A stretch of DNA of 60,697 nucleotides, counting the filler. It is 6 parts of 6 records of this genome, joined end to end, with 100 filler letters (N's around TTAATTAATTAA, not from the genome) between each part and the next. Parts side by side here need not be neighbours in the genome. Positions count along the whole stretch, not along the records: positions 7,361 to 22,574 come from SRR31156797_25837; 5 more parts are not named here. One strand, 5' to 3'. The position numbers and the translations under genes are program-made. Positions 8,883 through 19,317 of the stretch are shown here, piece by piece (positions within the stretch are counted from its first letter, which is position 1; each line of letters opens with the position of its first letter). The notes under the pieces were generated by a model. The model worked only from the letters and a program-made list of their open reading frames with translations. It ran no database searches and had not been told where the DNA came from.

Positions 8883-9728
8883 ATGAAACATCTAAGATTG
8901 CCCCTGGCCTATATTATGCTGCTTTGTGTATTGGTAGCCATTCTTTTTTCATCAGCGCAAGCCGATCTCCTGGAAGATGTCAAAAAAAAGGGAGAGATAG
9001 TTATAGGAACCGAAGCAGCTTTCCCGCCGTTTGAATTCGTCGAAAAAGGTAAAATAGTAGGATATTCATCCGACATGTTGAGCTTGATCATGAAAGATTT
9101 GCCAGATGTCAAGGTTAAGCAACTCGATATTCCATGGCAAGGGATACTTCCAGGGCTAGCCGCCAGTAAATTTGACTTTATTGTTACATCCGTAACAGCT
9201 ACCAAAGAAAGAGCTGAAAGGTATGCGCTCAGCCTGCCTATTGCAGATGCTACGGTTGCGTTACTTGTGAAAAAGTCGTCAAAAATAAAGAGCCCTGAAG
9301 ATGTTTCAGGAAAGGTGGTTGCATCACAAACAGGATCTGCTCAGTTAAAAGCATTACAGGCATTAGCTGATAAACTTGCTGCGCAAGGCAAGCCGGTCAA
9401 AAAAATTCAAGAGTACGTCTCTTTTGACGAAGCGTACGCTGATCTTGCTGTAGGTCGTGTCGATGCAGTAGCCCAATCTTTTCCAAACCTAGCTGACGCA
9501 GTGAAGAAGCGGCCAAATATTTTCAGCATTATCACCCCACCTTTCGGACCGAAGGTTTACTTTTCCTGGGCAGCTAGAAACGATGATGCGAGCAAATCCT
9601 TGGCTGACTTTTTCGATGCCGGCTTACGAAAGCTCAATGAAAGCGGCCAGATGGGCGAGTTACAAGAAAAATGGTTTGGTTTTGCCATGCCGGTTCCGGC
9701 AGACGCATTACCTGCTCCAGTCCAGTAG
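8883..9728 (+). CDS. Polar amino-acid ABC transporter substrate-binding protein (SBP family 3)
   Basis: Signal peptide; IGTEAAFPPFEF, IPWQGILPGL, TKERAERY; GGAGG RBS. Confidence 0.92.
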   Translation: MKHLRLPLAYIMLLCVLVAILFSSAQADLLEDVKKKGEIVIGTEAAFPPFEFVEKGKIVGYSSDMLSLIMKDLPDVKVKQLDIPWQGILPGLAASKFDFIVTSVTATKERAERYALSLPIADATVALLVKKSSKIKSPEDVSGKVVASQTGSAQLKALQALADKLAAQGKPVKKIQEYVSFDEAYADLAVGRVDAVAQSFPNLADAVKKRPNIFSIITPPFGPKVYFSWAARNDDASKSLADFFDAGLRKLNESGQMGELQEKWFGFAMPVPADALPAPVQ

Positions 9729-9744
9729 CAGCCAACAAATCATC

Positions 9745-9776
9745 TCTTTGGGAACATCAAGCTGTGTTCCCAAAGA
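9745..9776 (+). other. Perfect 12-bp stem-loop after the SBP gene
   Basis: TCTTTGGGAACA / TGTTCCCAAAGA, 8-nt loop, no T-run; likely mRNA stabiliser. Confidence 0.55.
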
Positions 9777-9791
9777 TTCTGAGGCATCCTT

Positions 9792-10448
9792 ATGGATTTT
9801 GACTTTGCCACAATTGTTAGCAACCTGCCGGTGTTTTTTCGAGGTGCCGTTGCAACGCTATGTGTGTCATTAGCGGCGATCACGGTTGGAATGGTAGGCG
9901 GCATGTTAGTTTGTTTGGTAGGGATTTCCAGCCATAAAATTCTGAAGCTTGGGGCCAAGTTATATATAAGCGTGTTTCGCGGCATTCCAATTTTAGTGCT
10001 TCTGCTCATTGTTTACTACATTCTACCGGAAATCGGGATTGAAACCCCACCTCTGATTGCTGCTATTGCTGGACTAGCCCTCAACACTACTGCGTTTCAA
10101 GCAGAAATATACCGCGGAGGATTCGCCTCCATTCCTCATGGTCAAATTGAAGCGGCTCGCGCCTTGGGGATAGGCCCTTTGCGGCTATACCGAAAAATTT
10201 TGATACCACAGGTCATGAAGAAGGTTATGCCATCACTTGTTAATGAAATAATCATCTTGTTAAAGAACTCGTCGCTCATCTCTGCAATCGCAGTTACAGA
10301 ACTCATGCGCGTCAGTCAGACTTTGGTTGCCTCTACTTATCGTCCTATGGAGATTTATATGACTACTGCTGCTTTCTACCTTGTGATGACAATGGCCATT
10401 GCTGCTGTAGGCTCTGCGTTCAGTAGGAAGATGGCAGTTGCTGGGTGA
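9792..10448 (+). CDS. Amino-acid ABC permease (HisM/GlnP family)
   Basis: FRGIPILV, AEIYRGG...GQIEAARALG, LLKNSSL. Confidence 0.93.
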   Translation: MDFDFATIVSNLPVFFRGAVATLCVSLAAITVGMVGGMLVCLVGISSHKILKLGAKLYISVFRGIPILVLLLIVYYILPEIGIETPPLIAAIAGLALNTTAFQAEIYRGGFASIPHGQIEAARALGIGPLRLYRKILIPQVMKKVMPSLVNEIIILLKNSSLISAIAVTELMRVSQTLVASTYRPMEIYMTTAAFYLVMTMAIAAVGSAFSRKMAVAG

Positions 10449-10452
10449 CCTC

Positions 10453-11118
10453 ATGGAAATATTTGCAAAATATTGGCCCTTAATCTTGAGCGGATTGGTA
10501 GTAACCATAAGGATATGCATTATAGCAATTGGTCTAGGGTTGATTGCTGGTTTGGGAATAGCATTATTACGCAGAGTAAAGCTGGCACCTGTGAAGTGGT
10601 TCTGCAAAGCCTATATAGAACTCTTCAGAGGAACACCGTTCCTTATTCAGCTTTTTCTACTGTACTATGTCGCTCCGAATTTCGGCCTGATGCTGGAACC
10701 TGAGCTTGCGGGGATAGTTGGACTCACGCTATACGGTGCGGCCTATTTTGCTGAGATTTTTCGAAGTGGACTGGAGTCAATCCCTAAGGGACAGGTAGAA
10801 GCTGCTGCAAGTTTGGGGATTGGCAGAATGCGTACGTTTAGAAAAATAATATTTCCTCAATTGACGGTCTTAATTATGCCACCGTCCATAAATCAGGCAA
10901 TCACCCTGCTCAAAGATTCAGCTGTATTGTCTATAATTACCGTTCCCGAGTTAACTAAAATCACAACCCGTATCATTAACGAGTCCTTCGCGACTACTGA
11001 GCCGCTTATTATTCTAGGGCTGCTTTATTGGATGCTTGCGGAAATAATGTCTTTCGCAGGCGCGCGATTGGAAACACGGCTTACTCGATACCTGAGACCA
11101 ACAACCACTGGGCGATAA
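10453..11118 (+). CDS. Amino-acid ABC permease, second subunit
   Basis: [17 protein letters not shown]...[16 protein letters not shown]. Confidence 0.93.
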   Translation: MEIFAKYWPLILSGLVVTIRICIIAIGLGLIAGLGIALLRRVKLAPVKWFCKAYIELFRGTPFLIQLFLLYYVAPNFGLMLEPELAGIVGLTLYGAAYFAEIFRSGLESIPKGQVEAAASLGIGRMRTFRKIIFPQLTVLIMPPSINQAITLLKDSAVLSIITVPELTKITTRIINESFATTEPLIILGLLYWMLAEIMSFAGARLETRLTRYLRPTTTGR

Positions 11119-11120
11119 TC

Positions 11121-11924
11121 ATGCTGCACAAAGAGCACTCTGCACCAATCATTTCCATACAGGATCTCCAGAAGAGCTATGGCGATACTGAAGTGCTAAA
11201 GGGGATTGACTTGGATATCTACCCTTCTGAGGTAGTGTGTTTTATTGGACCTTCTGGGTCTGGAAAATCTACATTACTACGCTGTATTAATTTTCTGGAA
11301 AAATACCAGGGAGGAAAAGTTCTCATCGGCGGTGAACAGATCGGCTACGAAACTGTGCATGATGGTAAGCAAAGACTCGCCCCTGAAAGCAATACTCGTA
11401 GAATGCGCGAATATCTGGGGATGGTATTTCAGCAGTTTAACTTGTGGCCGCATATGACAGTGCTTGACAATGTGACGGAGGCATTACGTTCGGTCAAGTT
11501 AATGAGTAAAAATAAAGCAGAACGTAAGGGGCTTAAAATGCTGGATAAAGTCGGTTTGCTTGAGAAGGCAGAGGCCTATCCGTTGTCCCTTTCCGGTGGG
11601 CAGCAACAGCGTGTAGCTATTGCACGGGCCTTAGCTATGGAACCCGAAATTATGCTCTTTGATGAGCCTACATCAGCGCTTGACCCTGAACTTGTCGGCA
11701 GTGTGCTCGAAGTTATGAAAGAGCTGGCAGCAGAAGGGATGACCATGGTGGTTGTCACCCACGAGATGGGATTTGCTGCTGACGTAGCTGATAGGGTAGC
11801 CTTCCTTGATGGAGGAAAAATAGTAGAACTTGGCCCTCCTAAAATGATTTTCAACAATCCCAAAAATCCTCGCCTTCAAACTTTTCTCGGAGACTGGTGG
11901 GGGGATAACAATAAAATAAATTAA
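11121..11924 (+). CDS. Amino-acid ABC ATP-binding protein (GlnQ/HisP family)
   Basis: [31 protein letters not shown]. Confidence 0.95.
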   Translation: MLHKEHSAPIISIQDLQKSYGDTEVLKGIDLDIYPSEVVCFIGPSGSGKSTLLRCINFLEKYQGGKVLIGGEQIGYETVHDGKQRLAPESNTRRMREYLGMVFQQFNLWPHMTVLDNVTEALRSVKLMSKNKAERKGLKMLDKVGLLEKAEAYPLSLSGGQQQRVAIARALAMEPEIMLFDEPTSALDPELVGSVLEVMKELAAEGMTMVVVTHEMGFAADVADRVAFLDGGKIVELGPPKMIFNNPKNPRLQTFLGDWWGDNNKIN

Positions 11925-11943
11925 ATATTGAAGGAGTAAAGCA

Positions 11944-12543
11944 ATGAGTAACATACAAACTATACCAGCCAGAAAAGGAATGGCGGCAAGAGTTGCTAAA
12001 GGGCAGTGCATAAGAATTGTCAACACGCATGGATCACAAATTGTTGACACGTGGGCCTTCAGCACCCATGATCTAGCGGAGTTTCTTTCCATGGAGCATA
12101 TGCGCGCCTACCTTGATAAAGTCATTCCTGGGGAAGGGGATGTGCTGGTAAGTAATCGACGGCGCCCAATCCTTACATTCGTTAAAGATACCTCACCTGG
12201 TGTTCACGATACCCTTATTGCTGCCTGCGATATTTATAGGTATATAGGTCTTGGCATTACAGAGTATCACGATAACTGCCAAGACAACATGTATGCTGCT
12301 ATGTCCGCTCTTGGGTTTAAAGCTCCTGAGTGTCCTAGTCCTTTAAATCTGTGGATGAATACCCCTGCAACCGACAACACAATAGAATGGCTGCCGCCAA
12401 AATCAAGCCCTGGTGATTACGTTATATTAAAGGCTGAAATGGACTGTATTGTCGCCATGTCTGCCTGCCCACAGGATATAGTACCTATAAATGGTGAACA
12501 GTGTACCCCCACTGAAGCACATTTTGAAGTATATACCCCTTGA
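11944..12543 (+). CDS. DUF1989 (urea-carboxylase-associated / YcgI-like) protein
   Basis: GSQIVDTWAF, HDTLIAACD, HDNCQDN, PLNLWMN, SSPGDYV, MSACPQD. Confidence 0.88.
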   Translation: MSNIQTIPARKGMAARVAKGQCIRIVNTHGSQIVDTWAFSTHDLAEFLSMEHMRAYLDKVIPGEGDVLVSNRRRPILTFVKDTSPGVHDTLIAACDIYRYIGLGITEYHDNCQDNMYAAMSALGFKAPECPSPLNLWMNTPATDNTIEWLPPKSSPGDYVILKAEMDCIVAMSACPQDIVPINGEQCTPTEAHFEVYTP

Positions 12544-12564
12544 AACTCATCCACCTTGTATAGC

Positions 12565-13692
12565 ATGAAAAAAATATCGGATTCTGTAGCGCTCGCCCAA
12601 CAGCTGGTTGGGTTTGATACCCGAAACCCGGGCAGTAACGAATTAGAATGCATCACTTTTCTTTCGGAGTTACTAAGCAAGGAAGGTTTCGATCTTAGCG
12701 TATTGTCATTTGATGACAAGCGTCCGAGTTTGGTTGCTAGTTTCGGAGAAGGAAAAGGACCAGCGCTTTGCTTTGCCGGGCATATTGATACAGTGCCGTT
12801 GGGAAAGAAAGAATGGGCGTCCGATCCTTTTGGTAGGGATATAAAAATGGGGCGCTTATACGGTCGCGGATCAAGTGATATGAAAAGCGGTATTGCTGCC
12901 ATGGTGACTGCAGCATGTAATTTTAAAAAAAGGCTCCCAAAAGAGAACAAACTCATTCTCATTATAGTAGCTGGTGAAGAGAGCGGGTGTCAGGGCTCTT
13001 ATCATCTGGCCCAAAATGTGGGAGTTATAGGTCGGGCAGATGCCCTTGTGATTACTGAACCGACCAACAATTACCCTCTGGTCGGCCACAAGGGCGCTCT
13101 CTGGCTTGATATTGCTTTTAAAGGGAAAACTGCGCATGGCGCGATGCCGCATAAAGGGGTGAACGCAGTGTATAAGGCTGCTGAAGCTGTACGGCAATTA
13201 GAGGAGTTTACTTTTAATATGGAGCCGCATCCCTACTTAGGGAATCCAACATTGAGTGTTGGATACCTTCATGGTGGGATAAATGTTAATTCTGTTCCTG
13301 ATGGTGCGAATGTTGGCGTTGACATTCGTACCATTCCGGGCATGAGTAACGAAGAATGCATCGAGGAAATTGGTTCGTTGCTTGGCGGCAGTGCTGAGAT
13401 TACAGCTAAAGTCAATGTTTCTCCATTATGGACCGACCCTGATATTCCCTGGGTGAAAAATGTTTATGCTACTGTTGCTCCAATTTTATGGGAGGAGCCT
13501 CGACCGCGAACAGTTGCGTTCTTTACTGACGGCCCTCCCTTAAAAGCTGCTTATGGAGGCATTCCAACTCTAATACTTGGCCCAGGAGACCCTTCTTTGG
13601 CTCACCAAACAGATGAGTATTGCCTGATAAAAGAAATTGAAGATGCAGCTCTTCTTTATGAACAGCTAGCCGAAAAATGGTACAATTCTTAA
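12565..13692 (+). CDS. M20-family metallo-amidohydrolase (ArgE/DapE-like)
   Basis: GHIDTVP, GRGSSDMKSG, GEESG, TEPT, GKTAHG, AHQTDE metal-ligand motifs. Confidence 0.92.
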   Translation: MKKISDSVALAQQLVGFDTRNPGSNELECITFLSELLSKEGFDLSVLSFDDKRPSLVASFGEGKGPALCFAGHIDTVPLGKKEWASDPFGRDIKMGRLYGRGSSDMKSGIAAMVTAACNFKKRLPKENKLILIIVAGEESGCQGSYHLAQNVGVIGRADALVITEPTNNYPLVGHKGALWLDIAFKGKTAHGAMPHKGVNAVYKAAEAVRQLEEFTFNMEPHPYLGNPTLSVGYLHGGINVNSVPDGANVGVDIRTIPGMSNEECIEEIGSLLGGSAEITAKVNVSPLWTDPDIPWVKNVYATVAPILWEEPRPRTVAFFTDGPPLKAAYGGIPTLILGPGDPSLAHQTDEYCLIKEIEDAALLYEQLAEKWYNS

Positions 13693-14071
13693 TCTGAGGA
13701 TTGTTAGCAAAAGTGTGAGCATAGTATCTTTGAACGAGCGAGGGGGCACCTCGGCTGCCGCATGATGGGATAATTACTTCGTTTTAAGAGTTGTAGAAGT
13801 CTGAGGTAGCACGACAGGAAAATGCATTTTTTACTCCAGACTCCTATGTCAAAAGTGCACACTATTCAGTGCGTTCTCGTTATGAGGTCGAATAAAAACA
13901 ATGGTCGATGCAAAGCGGATCAGTTTTAGACGCTGATTGACATTTTACCGTCTAGAACAATAATGGTAGCAAGAAGCCTTTGATTCAGTGGTTCAATAGA
14001 TAAGGTAGTAGAGGTCATATGCCTGGATTGGCACGTGGGAGCTTGTGCAGTAAAACGGAGTAAATGATCTA

Positions 14072-15265
14072 ATGCTTGAAATGCTAATCATTGGCGGCGG
14101 TATCCATGGAGTTCATCTAGCGCATTGTTTGCTGCAACAGACACATATGACGCACGATGACATTCGAATTCTAGATCCTCACGAAGAACTGCTCCATGAA
14201 TGGCGCCGCTGCGCCCGGAATTGCGGAATGAAGTATTTGCGTTCTTCCTCGGTGCACCATATCGATACCCATCCCTTTTCACTGCGCCGGTACGCCGCAC
14301 TGCCAGAAAACAGAAAAGACACCAATTTTATCGCCCCTAAAAACAGGCCGTCCGTGGAATTATTTGATGCGCATTGCCGGATGGTAGTTGATGATCATCA
14401 ACTGGAGTCTTTGCATATAAAAGGCCGCGCTTTAGAACTTCAAAATAAGGTCAAGTATGTAAGCGTTGTGACTGCGGAGGAGATGATCAACGCTCGATTT
14501 GTGCTATTTGCGATCGGGATGGGTGAGCACCCCCTGTGGCCAACTTGGGCGGCCCGTCTCAGAGAAATGGGAGCATCGGTAAATCATGTGTTCGATCCCC
14601 GTTTTTGCCTCGATGGTTACCAAGCCGACGGTCCGGTTGCTGTTGTCGGTGGTGGTATCAGTGGGGGACATATTTCTCTGAGAGTGACTGAAAAATTGAA
14701 CGCTGACGTGCTGTTGATTTCCCGAAAGGATGTTTTCGTCAGTGATTTCGATTTTGCTCCTGGTTGGATAGGTCCAAGGTATACGGAAGGGTTCTACCGT
14801 TCACCGATTGAACAACGACGTCAGCAGATAGTGGCCGCCAGAGCCAAAGGCAGTGTTCCCGGAGATATGAAGCTTGCGCTGGACAAAGCTGCGGCGCTGA
14901 ATCAACTCACCTTCATAACTGACGATATAACTGACGCGAAATGTCAAAACGGAGATGCCTTGCTGATTGGACGGCAAGGTCGATATGATTGTCAAAGAAT
15001 TGTTCTAGCCACGGGCTTTATGGAAAAACGACCCGATGGCGGTTTCATGAACCAGACAGTTAGCGAATTCAACCTAAAAACAGCGGCCTGTGGATTTCCG
15101 GTGATAACGCCATCCCTCCAGTGGCATGATCGGATTTTCGTTACCGGCCCCCTTTCTGAACTCCAAATCGGCCCTGTGGCAAGAAACATCGTGGGGGCAA
15201 GACATTCGGGCAGCAGGATCACAGCGGCTTTCAAAAAGAAGTCGGTACCTCGGAGTGCAAATTAA
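14072..15265 (+). CDS. FAD/NAD(P)-binding oxidoreductase (distantly N-hydroxylase-like), substrate unknown
   Basis: IIGGGIHG, YLRS, second Rossmann VVGGGISG, VLATG. Confidence 0.8.
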   Translation: MLEMLIIGGGIHGVHLAHCLLQQTHMTHDDIRILDPHEELLHEWRRCARNCGMKYLRSSSVHHIDTHPFSLRRYAALPENRKDTNFIAPKNRPSVELFDAHCRMVVDDHQLESLHIKGRALELQNKVKYVSVVTAEEMINARFVLFAIGMGEHPLWPTWAARLREMGASVNHVFDPRFCLDGYQADGPVAVVGGGISGGHISLRVTEKLNADVLLISRKDVFVSDFDFAPGWIGPRYTEGFYRSPIEQRRQQIVAARAKGSVPGDMKLALDKAAALNQLTFITDDITDAKCQNGDALLIGRQGRYDCQRIVLATGFMEKRPDGGFMNQTVSEFNLKTAACGFPVITPSLQWHDRIFVTGPLSELQIGPVARNIVGARHSGSRITAAFKKKSVPRSAN

Positions 15266-15806
15266 CCTCATTTTTCCAAATTTTTTTATTCTGATCTGTG
15301 TAATCTAACTGGTCCGCGACAGTGTAGAGTGACTGCTGATGGGATGGCTGGCACTGCTTCCCTGCACTCATAAGCCCTTTCTTTGGCAAAGTCTTCTTTG
15401 CCGTTACTCAATTTCTGAACAATCTCAATAAAATAGGAAAATCTATCTACACAGGAAAAACCTTTGGTTGGGGCAATCGATAAGTTGGATTATCTTCGTT
15501 CTGGTTATGTTAAATGCTAGGACCAGTAACTCTCTCCAAGGGATCGACCCGCATCATAGATGACCTCATTGGTAACAATGGATACAGCAACGGGCATCCA
15601 CAGTCGATTTAGTACCAGACAATGGGCCAGCAGGTACTCTTGAGGAGGTTTAATTGTAAACACATTCTTTCCATATGTGATTTAAGGGGCTGAAAAATTA
15701 ATGAAAAGGGTTGCTTTGAGAGGTCCCAATCCAAACACTCTGCGTTTACGAATGAAAAAAATCGGGATTGAGTGCCCGGTAAACACGTCGCTACTGCCCT
15801 TTGTTC

Positions 15807-16589
15807 TCACTCATTCAGAAAGCTGAGCAATGGTGTGTAATTCTCACCCATTTTGTCTTTTAAATTTACTCCGGTTTCACCAATCCTGTAACCTTCTTCA
15901 GTAAGATAAGCTATCTTCTTGACTGCCTGTGAAACAGACATTCCTCCATGTCTAATGTTTGAAATACAATTTCTGGCTTCATCTGTTGTGCCTGGCTTTG
16001 GATTATAGGTAATATATGCTCCCAGTGAATTTGGAGAACTTAATCCAGGTCTTTCTCCAATTAACGTTACAACCAGCTTCGCTTTTAAACGAAACCCAAT
16101 CTCATCTCCGATAGCAACACGCCCATTTGTTACCATACAGACAGGTGCCACTTTTATTGTTGTTTGATTAATGATATCCAGCAAATCATTCGTGACAGCT
16201 GCCGCTGTCTCGTTTACGGCAGGGGCAGACAAACCATCGCAGATAACTATGCAAATATCAAAACCGTACTCACTCTTATCCAGCAATTTTTTAGATGCTT
16301 TGTTTAACACTCTCCCCATGTCGGGTCGGGTGAGGTACTCCATCCTGTCAGAAGCCATGGAGTGCAGCAACAGAACATTTTTGTTATCCGCCTTTAATGA
16401 CGAGCTAACATCCTCCGTGAGGACAGGTTTGTGAACAGCATCTCTTGCTTTAGCATGTGCCAGTTTAAACTTAAGATGCTCCTTTAATGGGAGGCTTACC
16501 CCAGCCCTGCCCAGGGCAATCCTGGCATCAGTATACTGCCGTAACTTTTCCCAGGGATCCTGGATAACTATTGGAGTTTGGCTCTTCAT
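15807..16589 (-). CDS. eutC: Ethanolamine ammonia-lyase small subunit
   Basis: TDARIALGRAG, AHAKARDAV, YLTRPDMGR, DGLS, IGERPGLSSPNSLGAYITY, RNCISNI. Confidence 0.96.
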   Translation of the reverse strand: MKSQTPIVIQDPWEKLRQYTDARIALGRAGVSLPLKEHLKFKLAHAKARDAVHKPVLTEDVSSSLKADNKNVLLLHSMASDRMEYLTRPDMGRVLNKASKKLLDKSEYGFDICIVICDGLSAPAVNETAAAVTNDLLDIINQTTIKVAPVCMVTNGRVAIGDEIGFRLKAKLVVTLIGERPGLSSPNSLGAYITYNPKPGTTDEARNCISNIRHGGMSVSQAVKKIAYLTEEGYRIGETGVNLKDKMGENYTPLLSFLNE

Positions 16590-17941
16590 CAGTAAGTCTC
16601 CGAGGTTAAACCAAGCAGCGCATTCCCGTTCTGAATGGGTTGCAGTTTGCCGTGGTGGTTAAAAATTGACATACTTTCCAGCCATTCTGCAAATTCTGGT
16701 GCTGGGGTCAAATTGAGCAGTCTGCGAATATATGCTGCATCGTGAAACGATGTTGACTGATAATTAAGCATGATGTCGTCAGCACCTGGAATACCCATGA
16801 TGAAATTGCAACCAGCATTACCAAGCAAAGTGAGAAGTACATCCATGTCATCTTGGTCTGCTTCAGCGTGGTTAGTGTAGCAAATATCTACGCCCATCGG
16901 TATCCCCAGCAATTTTCCACAAAAATGATCTTCCAGCCCTGCTCGTTGAATTTGTTTTCCGTTGTAGAGGTATTCAGGGCCAATGAATCCAACCACAGTA
17001 TTAACCAGTAATGGGCTGTATTTTCTGGCAACTCCATAGGCTCTTGCTTCTAAAGTCTGCTGGTCTACTCCGTGGTGCGCATCTGCAGAAAGCGCACTTC
17101 CTTGTCCTGTTTCAAAGTACATCACATTAGAACCAATTGTGCCGCGATTCTGACTGAGTGTTGCATCCATCCCCTGTTGAAGTAAATCAAGAGTTATGCC
17201 AAAACTTTTATTGGCCTTTTCTGTGCCTGCTATGGATTGGAAGCAAAGGTCAACCGGTGCTCCTTCTTCAATTGCTTCAATGGTGGTTGTAACATGAGTA
17301 AGGATGCAACTCTGTGTCGGAATTTTGTACTGTGTGATCAGGTCGTCAAGCATGAAGAGCAATTGCTTGATATTGGAAACATTATCGGTAGCTGGGTTGA
17401 TTCCGATAACTGCGTCACCGCATCCGTAGCACAAGCCATCCAAGATTGATGCTACGATACCGGTCATGTCATCTGTGGGATGGTTTGGCTGCAGCCTGAC
17501 AGAAAATGTACCTGGCATTCCGATTGTATTCCTGAACTTTGTTATAGTATGGCATTTAGACGCAACCAGAATTAAATCCTGCATCCGCATGAGTTTTGAT
17601 ACTGCCGCCACCATTTCTGGCGTTAAGCCTGGTGCTAATCTCTCAAGTGTTTTGCTGTCAGCTTGTTCAGTCAGCAGCCAGTCTCTAAAATCTCCAACTG
17701 TAAATGAACTGATGGCTTGAAATGCCTCCATGTTATGTTCATCAAGTATCAGCCGGGTTACCTCGTCTTCTTCATAGGGAACAACCGGCTCATTCAAAAA
17801 TCGCTGCAATGGTGTTTCAGCAAGGTTCATTTGGGCGATTACCCGTTCTTCCTCGTTTTCTGCAGCTACACCGGCCAGAATATCGCCGGATCGAAGAGGC
17901 GAAGCCTTTGCTAATAGTTCTTTGAGAGATGTTTTTTTCAT
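16589..17941 (-). CDS. eutB: Ethanolamine ammonia-lyase large subunit
   Basis: RLQPNHPTDD, GDAVIGINPA, MYFETGQGSALS, VVGFIGPEYLY, DICYTNH; overlaps eutC start. Confidence 0.97.
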   Translation of the reverse strand: MKKTSLKELLAKASPLRSGDILAGVAAENEEERVIAQMNLAETPLQRFLNEPVVPYEEDEVTRLILDEHNMEAFQAISSFTVGDFRDWLLTEQADSKTLERLAPGLTPEMVAAVSKLMRMQDLILVASKCHTITKFRNTIGMPGTFSVRLQPNHPTDDMTGIVASILDGLCYGCGDAVIGINPATDNVSNIKQLLFMLDDLITQYKIPTQSCILTHVTTTIEAIEEGAPVDLCFQSIAGTEKANKSFGITLDLLQQGMDATLSQNRGTIGSNVMYFETGQGSALSADAHHGVDQQTLEARAYGVARKYSPLLVNTVVGFIGPEYLYNGKQIQRAGLEDHFCGKLLGIPMGVDICYTNHAEADQDDMDVLLTLLGNAGCNFIMGIPGADDIMLNYQSTSFHDAAYIRRLLNLTPAPEFAEWLESMSIFNHHGKLQPIQNGNALLGLTSETY

Positions 17942-18086
17942 GGAGTACTCCGGGTGAATCTAACTTTAGTGTTCAGGAGTGCTGGGACCCTGATCGAATT
18001 TGCTAATTTAGTGCAAGTAGGGCAGGGCGGTAATGTTAGAGGTACGTGACAGGACATTGTTTGGTTGTGTCAAAAATGCATTGTAT

Positions 18087-18118
18087 TCTCCCCCTGTCTG
18101 GTGACAGGCAGGGGGAGA
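18087..18118. terminator. Stem-loop between TRAP SBP gene and eutB
   Basis: TCTCCCCCTGTCTG-GTGA-CAGGCAGGGGGAGA, 13/14 stem, just after the SBP stop. Confidence 0.55.
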
Positions 18119-18129
18119 GTGAATATGCA

Positions 18130-19239
18130 TCAAGTGTAACGATACGGTACACCAGCTTTCTGCATTACTTGGGAGTAATCTTTAAAAATTTGAATCACTT
18201 TTGCTGCTCTTGGGCTGGTAGAGGCAATTTCGTCCCAGAATACTTCTGCATCTTTAACAACGGTATCCCATTCTTCTGCCGGTATGGTCGTCAATTCCAA
18301 CTTCTTTCCTTCAACGCGAAGTTTTGCTTCACCTCCCCAGTACCATATCTGTCTGTAGTAATGAGAGCTGTCGATTGATAGCTTGAACAGTTCCTGAAGG
18401 TGTGGGGGGATCTTTGCCCAGCTCTTGCTATTGGCAAAATAGGAACCGCACCACGCGCCGGTGACATTATTGAGTAGAGCGTAATTACAAACGTCTGCCC
18501 AGCCCACTTCATAGGCTTCTGTAAAACCACACCAGGCAACACCGTCAAGTTCTCCTGTCTGGATGGCAACTTCAATATCATCCCATGGCAGGGTCACAGG
18601 AACTAAACCATATTTTGAAAGGAATTTGCCAGCAGTCGGTACGCCAAATACCCTTTTACCTTTCATGTCAGCCAGGCTGCGAATAGGATCTTTGGTAAAA
18701 ATATGCAGCGGATCCCAGGCACCCGCACCAAGCCACTCTACATTTTTTACTTCGTCATAGGCTTCCTTCCATATTTTATCAAGCCCGTAATATTTAAACA
18801 AGACTGGCAGGTCAAGGCTATAGCGTGTCGAGAATGGGAAGTAACCTCCAAACACGTTGATGTCCACTGGTGAAGCCATGGTTGCATCATCACTCTGCAC
18901 CGCATCAATCACACCTTTTTGCATTGCGCGGAACAATTCATTGGTAGGTACGAGTTGGTCTGCATAGTAAAGTTCAATTTCCATTTGACCATAGGCTGCG
19001 CGGTTGAATGCTTCAATCTGCGGTTTTACAACGTGTGCACCAAGAGGAGCACCAGAATAGGATTGAAGGCGCCATTTTATAGGATTACTCTTTGAAAATG
19101 CATAAGGAGCCTTGCCAAATGTTGTTGCTGAGGCAGCTACTGCGCCTGCTGCTACAGTTCCGGCTTTTTTCAAAAAATCTCGTCTTCCGTTGGTTTCCTC
19201 AGGTGCTGTCATGATGGTTTCATTCTTCTTTTCTGTCAT
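18130..19239 (-). CDS. TRAP substrate-binding protein (DctP family), Tat-exported, probably ethanolamine-binding
   Basis: GRRDFLKK Tat motif; WRLQS; DMKGKRVF has Phe where DctPs usually carry the carboxylate-binding Arg; adjacent to eutBC. Confidence 0.88.
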   Translation of the reverse strand: MTEKKNETIMTAPEETNGRRDFLKKAGTVAAGAVAASATTFGKAPYAFSKSNPIKWRLQSYSGAPLGAHVVKPQIEAFNRAAYGQMEIELYYADQLVPTNELFRAMQKGVIDAVQSDDATMASPVDINVFGGYFPFSTRYSLDLPVLFKYYGLDKIWKEAYDEVKNVEWLGAGAWDPLHIFTKDPIRSLADMKGKRVFGVPTAGKFLSKYGLVPVTLPWDDIEVAIQTGELDGVAWCGFTEAYEVGWADVCNYALLNNVTGAWCGSYFANSKSWAKIPPHLQELFKLSIDSSHYYRQIWYWGGEAKLRVEGKKLELTTIPAEEWDTVVKDAEVFWDEIASTSPRAAKVIQIFKDYSQVMQKAGVPYRYT

Positions 19240-19317
19240 CTTTATACTCCTAATGGGTTGTGCAGCTTTGTTTAAAATATCTCGTAACGTGTTTTATAAA
19301 AGTCGTTTTTAAATCCA

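Noticed and set aside
15266-15806. Possible decayed gene in the long spacer (minus frame ending VTNEVIYDAGRSLGESYWS*)
   Set aside because: No convincing start or recognisable family by eye; needs BLASTX.
17942-18129. Cobalamin riboswitch or ANTAR hairpins upstream of eutB
   Set aside because: No B12-box-like sequence or twin ANTAR loops; only one stem-loop after dctP.
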